A stretch of DNA of 23,966 nt, from positions 1 to 23,966 of the forward strand of contig CAZHRJ010000037.1 in the NCBI GenBank assembly GCA_964534765.1. The letters are read 5' to 3'. This document shows positions 15,451-23,966 of this stretch, in pieces. Within the stretch, counting starts at the first letter, position 1; every line of letters begins with the position of its first letter. The translations under genes were made by a program, and so were the position numbers. The notes beneath the pieces were generated by a model, which saw only the letters and a list, made by a program, of their open reading frames with translations, was not told where the DNA came from and did no database searches. This DNA comes from an uncultured bacterium. GTDB taxonomy: Bacteria > Lindowbacteria > 2-12-FULL-62-27.

Positions 15451-16850
15451 CAATCAATTAGGGACGGCAGGATCCGAAGGGCATCCACCCTGGAGAGGAT
15501 TTTCCCCTCGGCCTGAAGTTCCCGTACGCGTTCGAGGATGGCGCCGACCGCGGGTCCTGGCGGCATATTGAGTGCGCGCATGACGTCATCGCCGGAGAGG
15601 ATTCTGGGCGGCACGACGCGATCTTTTTCTTGAAAATATCGCCGGATGCCGTCGAAGACGAATCGTTTGTGTTTTTCATTAAACTCCGGCGTTACCGCCG
15701 GCCCGAGGCTGGCCATTCGATCAGCCAGGGAGAGGATCAGAAGACCCAGGCCGTCGTCGCCGCCGAAATCGCGGAAGAGTCTGTAAAAAAAGCGATCGAG
15801 ATTGGTTTCCGGCAAATAGATGCCGGGCCCGAAAATCATGTGCTGGCCGACGAGAGTCATGAGCAAATCGGATTCAACGCGCGCGAGTTTAAATTTTTCG
15901 CAGATGGTCCGGGCCGAAGCGGCGCCGGCGCGTTCATGGCCGTAGAAATGGATTCGTCCATCCGGATCGGCGGCGCGGGTGGATGGTTTTTCGATGTCAT
16001 GGAGGAGACAGGCAAAGCGCAGGTAAGCGACGCGCGCGCGGCCGCCGATGAGGGGCCGGTTCAGATAGTCCGCGACGGCGTCGGCCGACTCGACGGGGAA
16101 AACGCGGAGAGGATCAGCGGCGAGTTCATCGATTATATCGACCGCGGCCAGACTGTGGTCCAGGACGTCCAGATGGTGGAACTCGTTCTGGACGCAACCG
16201 CGCATGGGCCGAAATTCCGGAAAAAGGGCGAGGAGAGTATCGGCGGTGTTCATTTCCTGAATGGTCCGGCCGGCGTTTTTAGCGGCCAAGAGGAGGAACC
16301 ACTCCTCCGCTATTCGTTCCGCGGCGACCGACCAGAGCGAGTTGTGGCGAATTTGGATAGCGCGGACAAGCTGTGGTACGGGCGAGAAACCGAGCGTCGC
16401 GCGGAACCGCCAGGCGCGGAGGAGCCGCAGAGGATCGTGATCGAGATTTATATCGGCGACCGCGCGGATGGATCTAGAGTGAATATCGGCCTGACCGTTG
16501 AAGGGGTCCAGGATGCGGTCGTCGTCAAGGGAAAGGGCGATGGCATTGATGGTGAAGTCGCGTTCGGCGAGACTATCGGCGATTCCGCCGGGCGGTATCG
16601 GCAGAAGATCAATGTCCGCGCCGCCGCGCAGGACCACGCGGGCGATCCGGCGGGTTTCATCGAGCGGGACAAAGAATCCATTCCACCCCTCGGCGAGCGC
16701 CCGGCCGAGGACGAACGGATCCCCGGGAACGAGCACGTCAAGATCTTTGGGAGGGACACCGAGAAGGCGATCGCGCACCGCGCCGCCGACCAGGTAGGAA
16801 CCGGCGGGCAGGCGGTTTTTCAATTCAAGCAAGCGAGCTTGAAGATTCAT
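15450..16850 (-). CDS. cca: CCA-adding tRNA nucleotidyltransferase / poly(A) polymerase family enzyme with HD domain
   Basis: The N-terminal Pol-beta nucleotidyltransferase motif is present (YLVGGAVRDRLLGVPPKDLDVLV). Also RLLRAWRFRATLGF, and the HD motif FACLLHDIEKP...HERAGA. 466 aa. Confidence 0.85.
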   Translation of the reverse strand: MNLQARLLELKNRLPAGSYLVGGAVRDRLLGVPPKDLDVLVPGDPFVLGRALAEGWNGFFVPLDETRRIARVVLRGGADIDLLPIPPGGIADSLAERDFTINAIALSLDDDRILDPFNGQADIHSRSIRAVADINLDHDPLRLLRAWRFRATLGFSPVPQLVRAIQIRHNSLWSVAAERIAEEWFLLLAAKNAGRTIQEMNTADTLLALFPEFRPMRGCVQNEFHHLDVLDHSLAAVDIIDELAADPLRVFPVESADAVADYLNRPLIGGRARVAYLRFACLLHDIEKPSTRAADPDGRIHFYGHERAGAASARTICEKFKLARVESDLLMTLVGQHMIFGPGIYLPETNLDRFFYRLFRDFGGDDGLGLLILSLADRMASLGPAVTPEFNEKHKRFVFDGIRRYFQEKDRVVPPRILSGDDVMRALNMPPGPAVGAILERVRELQAEGKILSRVDALRILPSLID

Positions 16851-16913
16851 TTCGGAGACGGTGTACCATATCCGCCGGTACGGATAAACTTGGGGATGGC
16901 GGGGAAGCGGCGG

Positions 16914-18302
16914 CTAAAGTTGGATGGTAAAGCTGAAGAGAAAATTTTTTCTTCGGACGGTAAAATCGGCGCGGGAACTTTTTTTGAGGCGTTTGACGAC
17001 GTCGTGGAAGGATTCAACCGAATCGATGTGCCGGCTGTTGATTTCAACCAGAATATCGCCGGGCATGACCGGCGGGGGGCTAAGCCGGCCAAAGACCCCG
17101 TCAGGCGAAACAGCCGTGACCACCACTCCCCCGCCGACGGCCCGGCGGTACCGGACCGACACGTCCTGGACTTCGAGCCCGAGATTCACGCGAATGAGAG
17201 CCGGCGGGATGGCGCGCGACGTCAGCCGGTAAACGCGTTCGGATCCATCGGCCGACACGCGGGCGGCGACCACCTGGCCGATGCGAAGGGACATGATGAT
17301 CGACTCATATTCTTCAGCGGATCGGATGGTTTTTCCGTTGAGAGCCCGAAGGACCATCCCAGATTTGATTCCCGCCGAAGCGGCTTCACTCTGATCGATA
17401 ACCCGCTTAATCCGGAGCCCCTCTTCGGCTCCCCGGCCGGAGGATTCGAGGTCGACGAGTTCCCATCCAAACCAAGCCAGCTGGATTTCCCCGCTCTCGA
17501 GGATGTCGGTGAGGACTTTCCGAGCCTGGTCCGCCGGGATGGCGAATCCGAGACCTTCGTAGACGCCTGATTTCGAGACGATGAGAGTATTAATGCCGAC
17601 AACCTTGCCTTCGGCGTTCACCAGCGGCCCGCCGGAGTTGCCGGGATTAATGGCGGCGTCGGTCTGAATCATGTTGAAATATTTATAATCCTGTTTCGGC
17701 GGCAACCGCCGGCCGACGGCGCTGATCACTCCCGCGGTCACGCTGGCCTCCAGGTTGGACGGCGCGCCGATGGCGATGGCCCATTCGCCGAGCGCCAGGT
17801 CTTCCGCGGTGCCAAGAGTGACGAAGGGCAGGTCAAGCGCCTCAGCGCCGGCTGAGCCATCATCGGTCGGGACGAGTTCAAGAAGGGCCAGGTCGAGAGG
17901 CAGGCCCCGGCCCTTGACGCGGGCTGGGAAGATACGACCGTCTGACAGGGTGACATGGATTTTCCGCGCGTCGGCGACGACATGGTCGTTGGTCAAGACC
18001 AGCCCCTGTTTGCCGACGAGGATGCCGCTGCCGACCGCGGGGATTCGGACAAGACGTCTGAACCCGCCGAAAAACGGATCGGAGAACCAGTCAGAAAAAA
18101 AATCGTCGTGGAGCGTGCGAAACGGATTGATCTGCTGGACCGCGACGCGTTCCGCGCCGATCGTGACGGTCGCCGGCAGGACGGCGGCGGCGGCGGTGAC
18201 GATGGCCGAGCGCCGGGATGAATCGATATCCGCCCGGGAGGCAAAGGGCAGGAGGCAGAAGGCAAGAGCGGTCAGGGCCGCCGGCGGGGACAGTCCAATC
18301 AC
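16914..18302 (-). CDS. htrA: HtrA/DegP-family periplasmic serine endoprotease with two PDZ domains
   Basis: Signal-peptide-like N-terminus. Catalytic triad context: His (LVLTNDHVVADA), Asp (DLALLEL), Ser (TDAAINPGNSGGPLVN). Two PDZ-like segments are in the C-terminal half. GTG start, 12 nt downstream of the accB stop. Confidence 0.9.
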   Translation of the reverse strand: MIGLSPPAALTALAFCLLPFASRADIDSSRRSAIVTAAAAVLPATVTIGAERVAVQQINPFRTLHDDFFSDWFSDPFFGGFRRLVRIPAVGSGILVGKQGLVLTNDHVVADARKIHVTLSDGRIFPARVKGRGLPLDLALLELVPTDDGSAGAEALDLPFVTLGTAEDLALGEWAIAIGAPSNLEASVTAGVISAVGRRLPPKQDYKYFNMIQTDAAINPGNSGGPLVNAEGKVVGINTLIVSKSGVYEGLGFAIPADQARKVLTDILESGEIQLAWFGWELVDLESSGRGAEEGLRIKRVIDQSEAASAGIKSGMVLRALNGKTIRSAEEYESIIMSLRIGQVVAARVSADGSERVYRLTSRAIPPALIRVNLGLEVQDVSVRYRRAVGGGVVVTAVSPDGVFGRLSPPPVMPGDILVEINSRHIDSVESFHDVVKRLKKSSRADFTVRRKNFLFSFTIQL

Positions 18303-18314
18303 GACCGCACCGCG

Positions 18315-18812
18315 TCAGCCGTTGGGATCGACTTCAAAGAGGACCGCTCCCGACTCCACCGATGCGGCGCTCTCGAGACAAATCTTGACAATTTTTCCGG
18401 AAACGTCCGCCTTGATCTCATTCATGACCTTCATGGCCTCGATGATACAGACGGTTGTGCTCGGCGAGACCCGGTCGCCCTCCTGAACGTAGGGGGTGGA
18501 GGAGGGCGAAGGCGCCCGGTAAAACGTGCCGGCCATCGGGGATCGAATGGAAAGGAAGGTCGAAGCGAGTTCGGCGTGGGCAGTCTGCGCGGGCGCTGCG
18601 GTTGTTGAATCAGCGTGGGTGAGGACTCTGGGTGAAACCGGCGCGTAGAAACTGGGCGTGCCGGACCGGACTTCGATTCTGCCCTGATCGGATTCGATGA
18701 CGAGGTCGTCGAGTCTGTGAAGAGACATGAACTCCCGGATTTCAGAGGCGACAAGTTCCGGTACGATGTCCGGAATGGGATCGGCGGTTTTGGCCGATTT
18801 TTTCTTTTTCAC
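18315..18812 (-). CDS. accB: Biotin carboxyl carrier protein of acetyl-CoA carboxylase (BCCP), with no accC adjacent
   Basis: The C-terminal biotinyl domain aligns with E. coli AccB: SPMAGTFYRAPSPSS vs SPMVGTFYRTPSPDA, and CIIEAMKVMNEIKADVSGKIVKI vs [23 protein letters not shown], including the biotinylated Lys in EAMKVMN. The N-terminal ELVIESDQGRIEVR resembles BCCP ELEISEGEESVRISR. It overlaps the hflX stop by 4 nt. Confidence 0.85.
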   Translation of the reverse strand: MKKKKSAKTADPIPDIVPELVASEIREFMSLHRLDDLVIESDQGRIEVRSGTPSFYAPVSPRVLTHADSTTAAPAQTAHAELASTFLSIRSPMAGTFYRAPSPSSTPYVQEGDRVSPSTTVCIIEAMKVMNEIKADVSGKIVKICLESAASVESGAVLFEVDPNG

Positions 18813-19969
18813 GCGCGCGCGGGCGAGATGATCAATTTTTGGCGAATGGCCTCGCGCAGCGCGCTGACGCCAAATCCGGTTCTGGCCGAGAGGAAGAGAG
18901 AATCCGGAAATTCCCGGATCAGGTGATCCGGCATGGACTGGATGCGGTCGGCCTTGTTAAACGCCGTCAGGATGGGCCGGCTGGTGGATATGCGGCTGAG
19001 CACCTCCGATACGACTTCCGCCTGTTTTCGGAATTCGGGATTGGAGACGTCGATGACATGGAGGAGCAAATCGGCGTCGCGCACCTCATCGAGCGTCGAC
19101 AGGAACGCGTCGAAGAGGTGATCGGGCAGATTTCGAATGAAACCGACCGTGTCACTAATGAGGACGCGGTCGGGCGCCGATTCGCCTGATAAAGACGGGA
19201 AAACCATGGCGGCTGTTTTGGTGTCGAGGGTACAAAAGAGCTGATCCTCGGCTAGGACATCGGATCGAGTCAGGAGATTCAATAGGGTGGACTTGCCGGC
19301 GTTGGTATAGCCGACGATGGCGATGCGGGGCATCCGGTCCCGGGATGAGCGCTGGACCGTCCGGGCGCGGCCCATGCGTTCAAGCTGGTCCTGCAGGAAC
19401 GCGAGTCTTTTTCTGGCGAGCCTGCGGTCAACTTCGATCTGCGTTTCACCCGGACCCCGAGTGCCGATGCCGCCCTGCTGGCGCTCAAGGTGCCGCCAGA
19501 GACCCGCGAGACGGGGAAGAAGATACTGCAGCTGCGCCAATTCAACGCGCCACTTGGCGTCGCGGCTCCGGGCGTGTTTGGCGAAGATATCGAGAATCAG
19601 ACCCGGCCGGTCCATGACCTTGACCTCACTGCCGAGCATATCCTGAAGATTGCGGACCTGGGTGGGCGACAGGTTGGCGTTGAAAATGACGATCTGATAT
19701 CCCTCGCTGCTCACGACCTGGGCCATCTCAGATGATTTGCCGCGGCCCATCCAGACCGCCGGATCGATCCGATCGACCCGCTGGACAACGGTTCCCGCAA
19801 CAGCCGCCCCCGCGGTGCGGGCCAGTTCCGCGAGTTCGGCCAAGTCGGCGTCGATGGGCCGGCCCCGGATGACCAGGCCGACGATCAACGTTTTTGGCGG
19901 GCCCATGCCGGTTTGACGTGGACACCTGGGCCTGCCGGAGAGGGGAATTGATCGGAAAGATGGGCTCAT
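18809..19969 (-). CDS. hflX: GTPase HflX
   Basis: The HflX N-terminal domain aligns with E. coli HflX: VMDRPGLILDIFAKHARSRDAKWRVELAQLQYLLPRL and HLERQQGGIGTRGPGETQIEVDRR. G domain motifs: G1 GYTNAGKST, G3 DTVGFI, G4 NKAD. An alternative start is Met22 (MGPPKTLIVGLV) at ~19906. Confidence 0.9.
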   Translation of the reverse strand: MSPSFRSIPLSGRPRCPRQTGMGPPKTLIVGLVIRGRPIDADLAELAELARTAGAAVAGTVVQRVDRIDPAVWMGRGKSSEMAQVVSSEGYQIVIFNANLSPTQVRNLQDMLGSEVKVMDRPGLILDIFAKHARSRDAKWRVELAQLQYLLPRLAGLWRHLERQQGGIGTRGPGETQIEVDRRLARKRLAFLQDQLERMGRARTVQRSSRDRMPRIAIVGYTNAGKSTLLNLLTRSDVLAEDQLFCTLDTKTAAMVFPSLSGESAPDRVLISDTVGFIRNLPDHLFDAFLSTLDEVRDADLLLHVIDVSNPEFRKQAEVVSEVLSRISTSRPILTAFNKADRIQSMPDHLIREFPDSLFLSARTGFGVSALREAIRQKLIISPARA

Positions 19970-20018
19970 CGGATGAATCGGGATGTGAGAGAGAAGTTCA
20001 GACTACGCCAGGGGTTCA

Positions 20019-20576
20019 TCAGTCCGACGAAGGATCGGTGTCGGAGCTATCGAATTCCTCTTCCGTCAGGTGAACCATCTCCAGTCTGGCCAGGATGGCT
20101 TGATCGAGCCAGAGGCCATCAGAGGCGAGAGCGCCGGCGATGGCGGAATAAATTTGCTGCTGATGTTCCGGGTGGGAGACATCGCCTCCGGCCCTATAAA
20201 CTTCCCGTTCGAGGATCGCCTGGACGGTGGGGCGGGTAACGTCATCGAGGTAGTTCGGCCCGAGGCGGCGGTGGATGGCCGGCGCGGAATCGGGGTCGAG
20301 CCTGACCTGGGCGGTTAGGCGGAATTTTTTTCCGCCATCAATCGGGACATCGAGGGACAACATCCGGACGCGGATGGAGTAGAGATGAACCCGGGTGACC
20401 ACCGGCAGGACCAGATGGAGTCCGGGACTCAGCGAAGGAGATAACTTGAAAAACCGGGGCGGCGGTATCCGCATGGACAGGATGCCGACGGAACCGTCCG
20501 GCACCGCCGCGATGGAGGAATAGACCACGCCCGCCAACAGGGCCAAGAGAATCAGGAAGAGGAAAAACCGCCGCAA
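20019..20576 (-). CDS. Short SPFH/band-7 (HflC/HflK-like N-terminal region) membrane protein, 185 aa
   Basis: N-terminal TM (FFLFLILLALLAGVVY), then VPDGSVGILSMRIPPPRFFKLSPSLSPGLHLVLPVVTRVHLYSIRVRMLSLD. This parallels E. coli HflC VVKEGERGITLRFGKVL...PGLHFKIPFIETVKMLDARIQTMD. The protein ends after ~120 aa of SPFH core with an acidic tail, far shorter than the ~330-420 aa of HflC/HflK. The 5' end overlaps miaA by 25 nt. Confidence 0.55.
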   Translation of the reverse strand: MRRFFLFLILLALLAGVVYSSIAAVPDGSVGILSMRIPPPRFFKLSPSLSPGLHLVLPVVTRVHLYSIRVRMLSLDVPIDGGKKFRLTAQVRLDPDSAPAIHRRLGPNYLDDVTRPTVQAILEREVYRAGGDVSHPEHQQQIYSAIAGALASDGLWLDQAILARLEMVHLTEEEFDSSDTDPSSD

Positions 20577-21487
20577 GCGTCACACTCCTTCCATCGGCGC
20601 CAGAGATCCTCCGGCGAGAGGTCCGCCGGCGCCATCCATTTGCGTTCATACCTGAAATGCCGCCACCAGGTCAACTGGCGCTTGGCCAGCTGCCGGGTGC
20701 GCCGGCAAGTTCGATCGACGGCCTCTTCTTTGTCGATCCTGCCGGTGACGAGGAGGACCGCCTCGGCGTATCCGATGGCTGAAAAAGCCGGGAGGGATAC
20801 GGGGAAGGATCGCAGCAGACGATCGACTTCTTCAGGCAATCCGCCGTCGAACATCCGCCGAGTGCGATCCTCGATCAAGCGAAGGAGCCGGGCGCGGTCC
20901 ATTTCAAGTACAAAAATGTCCGGCGCGAACGCGGGCCGCCGGCGCGCGCTTTGAGAGAAAGGCCGGGCGGTGATTTCACAAACTTCCAGAGCGCGGACGA
21001 TCCGCTGACGATTTGCCGGCCCGATGGCCATGGCGGCGGCGGGATCGATTTTTCGCAATCGGTCGAAGAGCGATCCCGGGCTGATTTGATCCTCCACCAT
21101 CAGCCGGTCCCGGATTTCAGCTGAAGCGGGAGGGTTATCCGCCAATCCCCGGACAACGGCGTCGATATAGAATCCGGTTCCGCCGACAACCAGGATGGGA
21201 TCGGGCAGTCGCGGGATAAGCGCGGTAAATTTCCGGGAGAAGTCCCCGGCGCTGAATCCGGCGGTGCGGCGGCCGACGGCGGCGATGGACGTGACATCCA
21301 TGAGATGGTGAACGATCCGGCGCCGGGTAGAAATCGGCGGTTTGGCCGTGCCGATTTCGAGTTCGCGATAGACGCTGAGGGCGTCGGCGGAGACGATTTC
21401 GATGCGGCAGTTTTGCGCCGCGAGGAAATCGGCGAGCCTGACAGCGAGATCCGTTTTTCCGACGCCGGTGGGTCCCGTGAGGACCAT
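20552..21487 (-). CDS. miaA: tRNA dimethylallyltransferase (tRNA delta(2)-isopentenylpyrophosphate transferase)
   Basis: The P-loop LTGPTGVGKTDLAVRLA is present. The MiaA profile includes DSALLYRGLDIGTAKP in E. coli, SADALSVYRELEIGTAKP here. Also RRIVHHLMDV and a C-terminal tRNA-binding helical region. The track start lies only 4 aa before the P-loop, so the true start may be an upstream non-ATG codon. Confidence 0.9.
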   Translation of the reverse strand: MVLTGPTGVGKTDLAVRLADFLAAQNCRIEIVSADALSVYRELEIGTAKPPISTRRRIVHHLMDVTSIAAVGRRTAGFSAGDFSRKFTALIPRLPDPILVVGGTGFYIDAVVRGLADNPPASAEIRDRLMVEDQISPGSLFDRLRKIDPAAAMAIGPANRQRIVRALEVCEITARPFSQSARRRPAFAPDIFVLEMDRARLLRLIEDRTRRMFDGGLPEEVDRLLRSFPVSLPAFSAIGYAEAVLLVTGRIDKEEAVDRTCRRTRQLAKRQLTWWRHFRYERKWMAPADLSPEDLWRRWKECDACGGFSSS

Positions 21488-21528
21488 GCCGCCGCGAAGG
21501 GGGCGGATCGAACCGGGTGGTGGTGAGG

Positions 21529-23373
21529 TTATTTTCGAAGGAATCGGCGTTCGAGTTCGTCTTTGGAAAGTTTGATCATGGAGGGCCGGCCGTGCGGGCA
21601 GATGCGAAAATGCTGGGAGGACAAAAGATCCGACAGGAGCCTGGATTGTTCCTCCGGCAGCAGGACATCGCCGGCTTTGATGGCGGCTCTGCAGGAAAAA
21701 TGGGCGAGGATATCGTGAAACAGTTCCTCTTCCGAACGCCGGGTCATGTCAAAAGAAGATAATTCCTCGACGAACTTCAAAAACACCTTCCGGTCCGCCA
21801 CCCGGCGGCCAAGGATGGACGGCACGGCCCGGACCACCCAGACGCCGCGGGGTCCAAAGGGTTCGATTTCAAATCCCATGCGCCGAAGAGACGCAGCCGC
21901 GCGCTCAAAGAGAATGGAATCCCTGAGCCCCAGCTCAAGTATGAGGGGAACCAGCAGAGCCTGGGACAGGGCGCCGCGGGATTCGATGCGATCGGTTGTG
22001 CGCGCCAGCAAAACGCGCTCGGATGCCACATGCTGGTCCACTATCCAGATCTGCGGATCGGCCGACTCGGAGGATTCAGCGGGGATTTCCTCGACAAGGA
22101 GAAATGTTTTGTAAATCTGCCCAAGAACACGGAACCGGCCGGCGACCAGCGGGAAAAGAGTGGCGGCCGCCGCCGGTTGGAGAAAGTCCGGATCCGGAGA
22201 CAGAGCAGGATCGGGATCGCCGGGTTCGACGGGCGCGATGGACGGATTAGGCGGCTGGGGCCGGTCCGTTGAATGGGAAAGCGGCGACGCTTCGGGGGCA
22301 CCCGGAGACGCGATGGGCCCGCCAGCGACGGCGGACGCAGATTCCGGGGTCGGCGTTGATGAGGGATGAAAGCGATGAATGGCGCCGGACAGGGTTTCCG
22401 AGACCGCCTGATAGACGATCGACGGATCGGAAAACCGGACTTCGGCCTTGGCCGGATGGACGTTGACATCGACCAGATGAGGATTGATATCGAGGAACAT
22501 AAAAACCGCCGGGAATCCCTGATCGAGTATTTCCCGATAGACCGTCAGGATGACATGCGTCAGGCGGGAATCCTGAATCCGGCGGCCGTTGACGAAGAGG
22601 ACCATCGACGAGCGGGTGGATTTGACGACAGAGGGATCGGTGGCCAGGCCAGAGATGCGGATCGAAGCGGTTTCCGATTGAAATGGGATGGCGGCCTGAT
22701 GGATCAGAGGATCGTAGAGTTCACGGACGCGGTCGGCTATCGTCTCCCCGGCCGGCAGGGCGAAGGATTCGATACCGTCGCGGATGTACCGAAATGCCAA
22801 ATTTGGGAATGCCAGCGCGTGTTCGATGATGACTTCGGTGACCGCCCGGGTTTCGGAGGTATCAGAGCGAAGGAATTTTCTCCGAGCGGGCACGTTCCAG
22901 AACAAATCCCTAACCGACACGGAAGTTCCTGCAGGCGCGGCGGCGGGAGAGATGGTCGATTTGTCCGCGGAAGCCGTCAGCCGATGGCCGGAACGGGCGG
23001 TGGATGCGGCGGTGAGGATCTCAAGCCGGCTGACGGCGAGAATGCTTGGGAGGGCTTCACCCCGGAATCCCAGGGATCGGATGTTATGGAGATCGTCGAT
23101 TGATCGGATTTTACTGGTGGCATGAGGGAGGACGGCGAGTTTCAGGGAGTCGTGATCCATGCCGATTCCGTCATCGCGGACCAGGATGCGTTTTTTGCCG
23201 CCTTTTTCAATTTCAATCAGAATGTCGGTCGCACCGGCATCGACTGCGTTGTCCAGAAGTTCCCGAACAACCGCGGCCGGGCGGGTGACGACTTCGCCGG
23301 CGGCGATTTGGTTGACAACCTCCGGCGCGAGGACGGCGATATCGGGCCGGGTCATTGGAGATTTTTTTGCCAT
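21529..23373 (-). CDS. mutL: DNA mismatch repair protein MutL
   Basis: GHKL ATPase N-terminus: [53 protein letters not shown]. Pro/Ser/Ala-rich linker, then a C-terminal dimerisation domain. The likely true start is the ATG at 23355 ([22 protein letters not shown]), which overlaps the mutS stop as ATGA. Confidence 0.9.
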   Translation of the reverse strand: MAKKSPMTRPDIAVLAPEVVNQIAAGEVVTRPAAVVRELLDNAVDAGATDILIEIEKGGKKRILVRDDGIGMDHDSLKLAVLPHATSKIRSIDDLHNIRSLGFRGEALPSILAVSRLEILTAASTARSGHRLTASADKSTISPAAAPAGTSVSVRDLFWNVPARRKFLRSDTSETRAVTEVIIEHALAFPNLAFRYIRDGIESFALPAGETIADRVRELYDPLIHQAAIPFQSETASIRISGLATDPSVVKSTRSSMVLFVNGRRIQDSRLTHVILTVYREILDQGFPAVFMFLDINPHLVDVNVHPAKAEVRFSDPSIVYQAVSETLSGAIHRFHPSSTPTPESASAVAGGPIASPGAPEASPLSHSTDRPQPPNPSIAPVEPGDPDPALSPDPDFLQPAAAATLFPLVAGRFRVLGQIYKTFLLVEEIPAESSESADPQIWIVDQHVASERVLLARTTDRIESRGALSQALLVPLILELGLRDSILFERAAASLRRMGFEIEPFGPRGVWVVRAVPSILGRRVADRKVFLKFVEELSSFDMTRRSEEELFHDILAHFSCRAAIKAGDVLLPEEQSRLLSDLLSSQHFRICPHGRPSMIKLSKDELERRFLRK

Positions 23374-23966
23374 TTGGCCAGGATGGCGACGACGTCGAGC
23401 GGCGTGGTGCGGTCGAGGTCCACGGAACGGATTTTTTGTTTGAGATCGTCCAATTGATCCTGGAACCGGGAAGCGAATAAGTCCTCCGGATTGCCGCAGG
23501 CGGCCGATCGCTCAAGGCCGATTGTTCCCGCTTCGAGTTCGGTGAGGAGAACGCGCGCGCGAGAGAGTACCGGGCGGGGGATTCCGGCCAGATCGGCGAC
23601 GGCGATGCCAAAACTTCGATCCGAAGCGCCATCGATGACTTTACGCAAAAATACCACCTGGCCCTCCCATTCCTTGACCATGACCGTCAGCGTATGGACG
23701 CCGGACTGTCCGTCCAGATCGGCGAGTTCATGGTAGTGGGTGGCGAAGAGGGTTTTGGCGCCGATTTGGGCGGCGATGTATTCGACGACGGCCCACGCGA
23801 TGGAAAGGCCGTCGTAGGTGCTGGTGCCGCGGCCGATTTCATCGAGGAGAATGAGGGATTCGCGGGTCGCCTGGCGCAGAATGGCGGCGGTTTCGGACAT
23901 CTCGACGTAGAACGTACTCTGTCCCCGGGAGAGATCGTCAGAAGCGCCGATGCGGGTAAAAATGCG
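23352..23966 (-). CDS. mutS: DNA mismatch repair protein MutS, C-terminal portion (5' part of gene lies beyond the window end)
   Basis: The reverse-complement frame stays open to the window edge: [64 protein letters not shown]...[13 protein letters not shown]. This is the conserved MutS ABC-ATPase C-terminal region, including the STF(M/Y)VEM and DEIGRGTST signatures. Confidence 0.9.
   Translation of the reverse strand, partial: RIFTRIGASDDLSRGQSTFYVEMSETAAILRQATRESLILLDEIGRGTSTYDGLSIAWAVVEYIAAQIGAKTLFATHYHELADLDGQSGVHTLTVMVKEWEGQVVFLRKVIDGASDRSFGIAVADLAGIPRPVLSRARVLLTELEAGTIGLERSAACGNPEDLFASRFQDQLDDLKQKIRSVDLDRTTPLDVVAILAKWQKNLQ

Noticed and set aside
21475-21490. Apparent 1-nt discrepancy or frameshift at the miaA start, when I hand-translated the printed sequence (read as ...cgtgagaccat... 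where ...cgtgaggaccat... was expected)
   Set aside because: The supplied ORF track gives an intact in-frame MiaA N-terminus (MVLTGPTGVGKT) at exactly these coordinates. My by-eye transcription or counting at the line boundary is the likelier error, so I do not call a pseudogene.
22100-22470. Pro/Ser/Ala-rich low-complexity stretch inside mutL
   Set aside because: This is the normal disordered linker between the MutL N-terminal ATPase and C-terminal dimerisation domains, not a repeat element or insertion.
2098-23736. Many 60-250-aa ORFs antisense to or overlapping the annotated genes. Examples: 2817..3350, 4084..4488, 7138..7512, 8374..9054, 10063..10815, 12534..13067, 15630..17570 (646 aa), 17755..18486, 22366..23103.
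   Set aside because: High-GC genomes generate long stop-free antisense frames. These are Arg/Pro/Gly-rich with low complexity and overlap strongly supported conserved genes. The 646-aa ORF 15630..17570 lies antisense across cca and htrA and has no recognisable motifs.
1-23966. Searched for CRISPR repeats, IS/transposase, integrase, toxin-antitoxin or restriction-modification-like genes
   Set aside because: No regularly spaced direct repeats, no transposase/integrase-like ORFs and no terminal inverted repeats flanking a gene block. The only notable inverted repeats are the single 18-bp dyad at 6751-6801 and short palindromes in the first 1.5 kb.

Overview
The window is high-GC (~62-65%) bacterial chromosome, apparently housekeeping in content. 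There are no CRISPR arrays, mobile elements or rRNA/tRNA genes, and the coding genes I could identify all look intact.

Layout, left to right:
- 1-1560: an ORF-poor, lower-GC stretch (~48-50% GC by eye) full of short palindromes. Its first 111 nt may be the 3' end of a + strand gene that starts outside the window.
- 1562-6721, minus strand: MerR-family regulator, class-I aminotransferase, Ppx/GppA phosphatase, GT9-type glycosyltransferase (start ambiguous, possible 91-aa coupled ORF), aldo/keto reductase.
- 6722-6869: divergent intergenic region with a perfect 18-bp inverted repeat and a textbook sigma70 promoter placed for a leaderless transcript.
- 6870-12400, plus strand: membrane-anchored TPR + HAD-phosphatase fusion; DEAD-box RNA helicase with a long 5'UTR and a basic Arg/Gly/Tyr-rich C-terminal tail; a Kup K+ transporter preceded by a ~270-nt G-rich leader (candidate riboswitch); a small hydrophobic ORF.
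- 12481-23966, minus strand: an ~11.5-kb tightly packed, co-directional cluster: mutS (partial) - mutL - miaA - short SPFH/band-7 protein - hflX - accB - htrA - cca - putA. Several junctions have overlapping stop/start codons.

The most notable deviations:
- No hfq at the miaA-hflX junction; a short SPFH protein sits there instead. No hflK/hflC follow hflX; an accB lacking an adjacent accC does.
- The palindrome and leaderless promoter in the divergent region.
- The TM-TPR-HAD fusion.
- The candidate K+-transporter leader RNA.
- The unexplained 1.5-kb noncoding block at the window start.

I did not find a convincing novel multi-gene system such as a defence island. Coordinates of small motifs were counted by hand and may be off by 1-2 nt.
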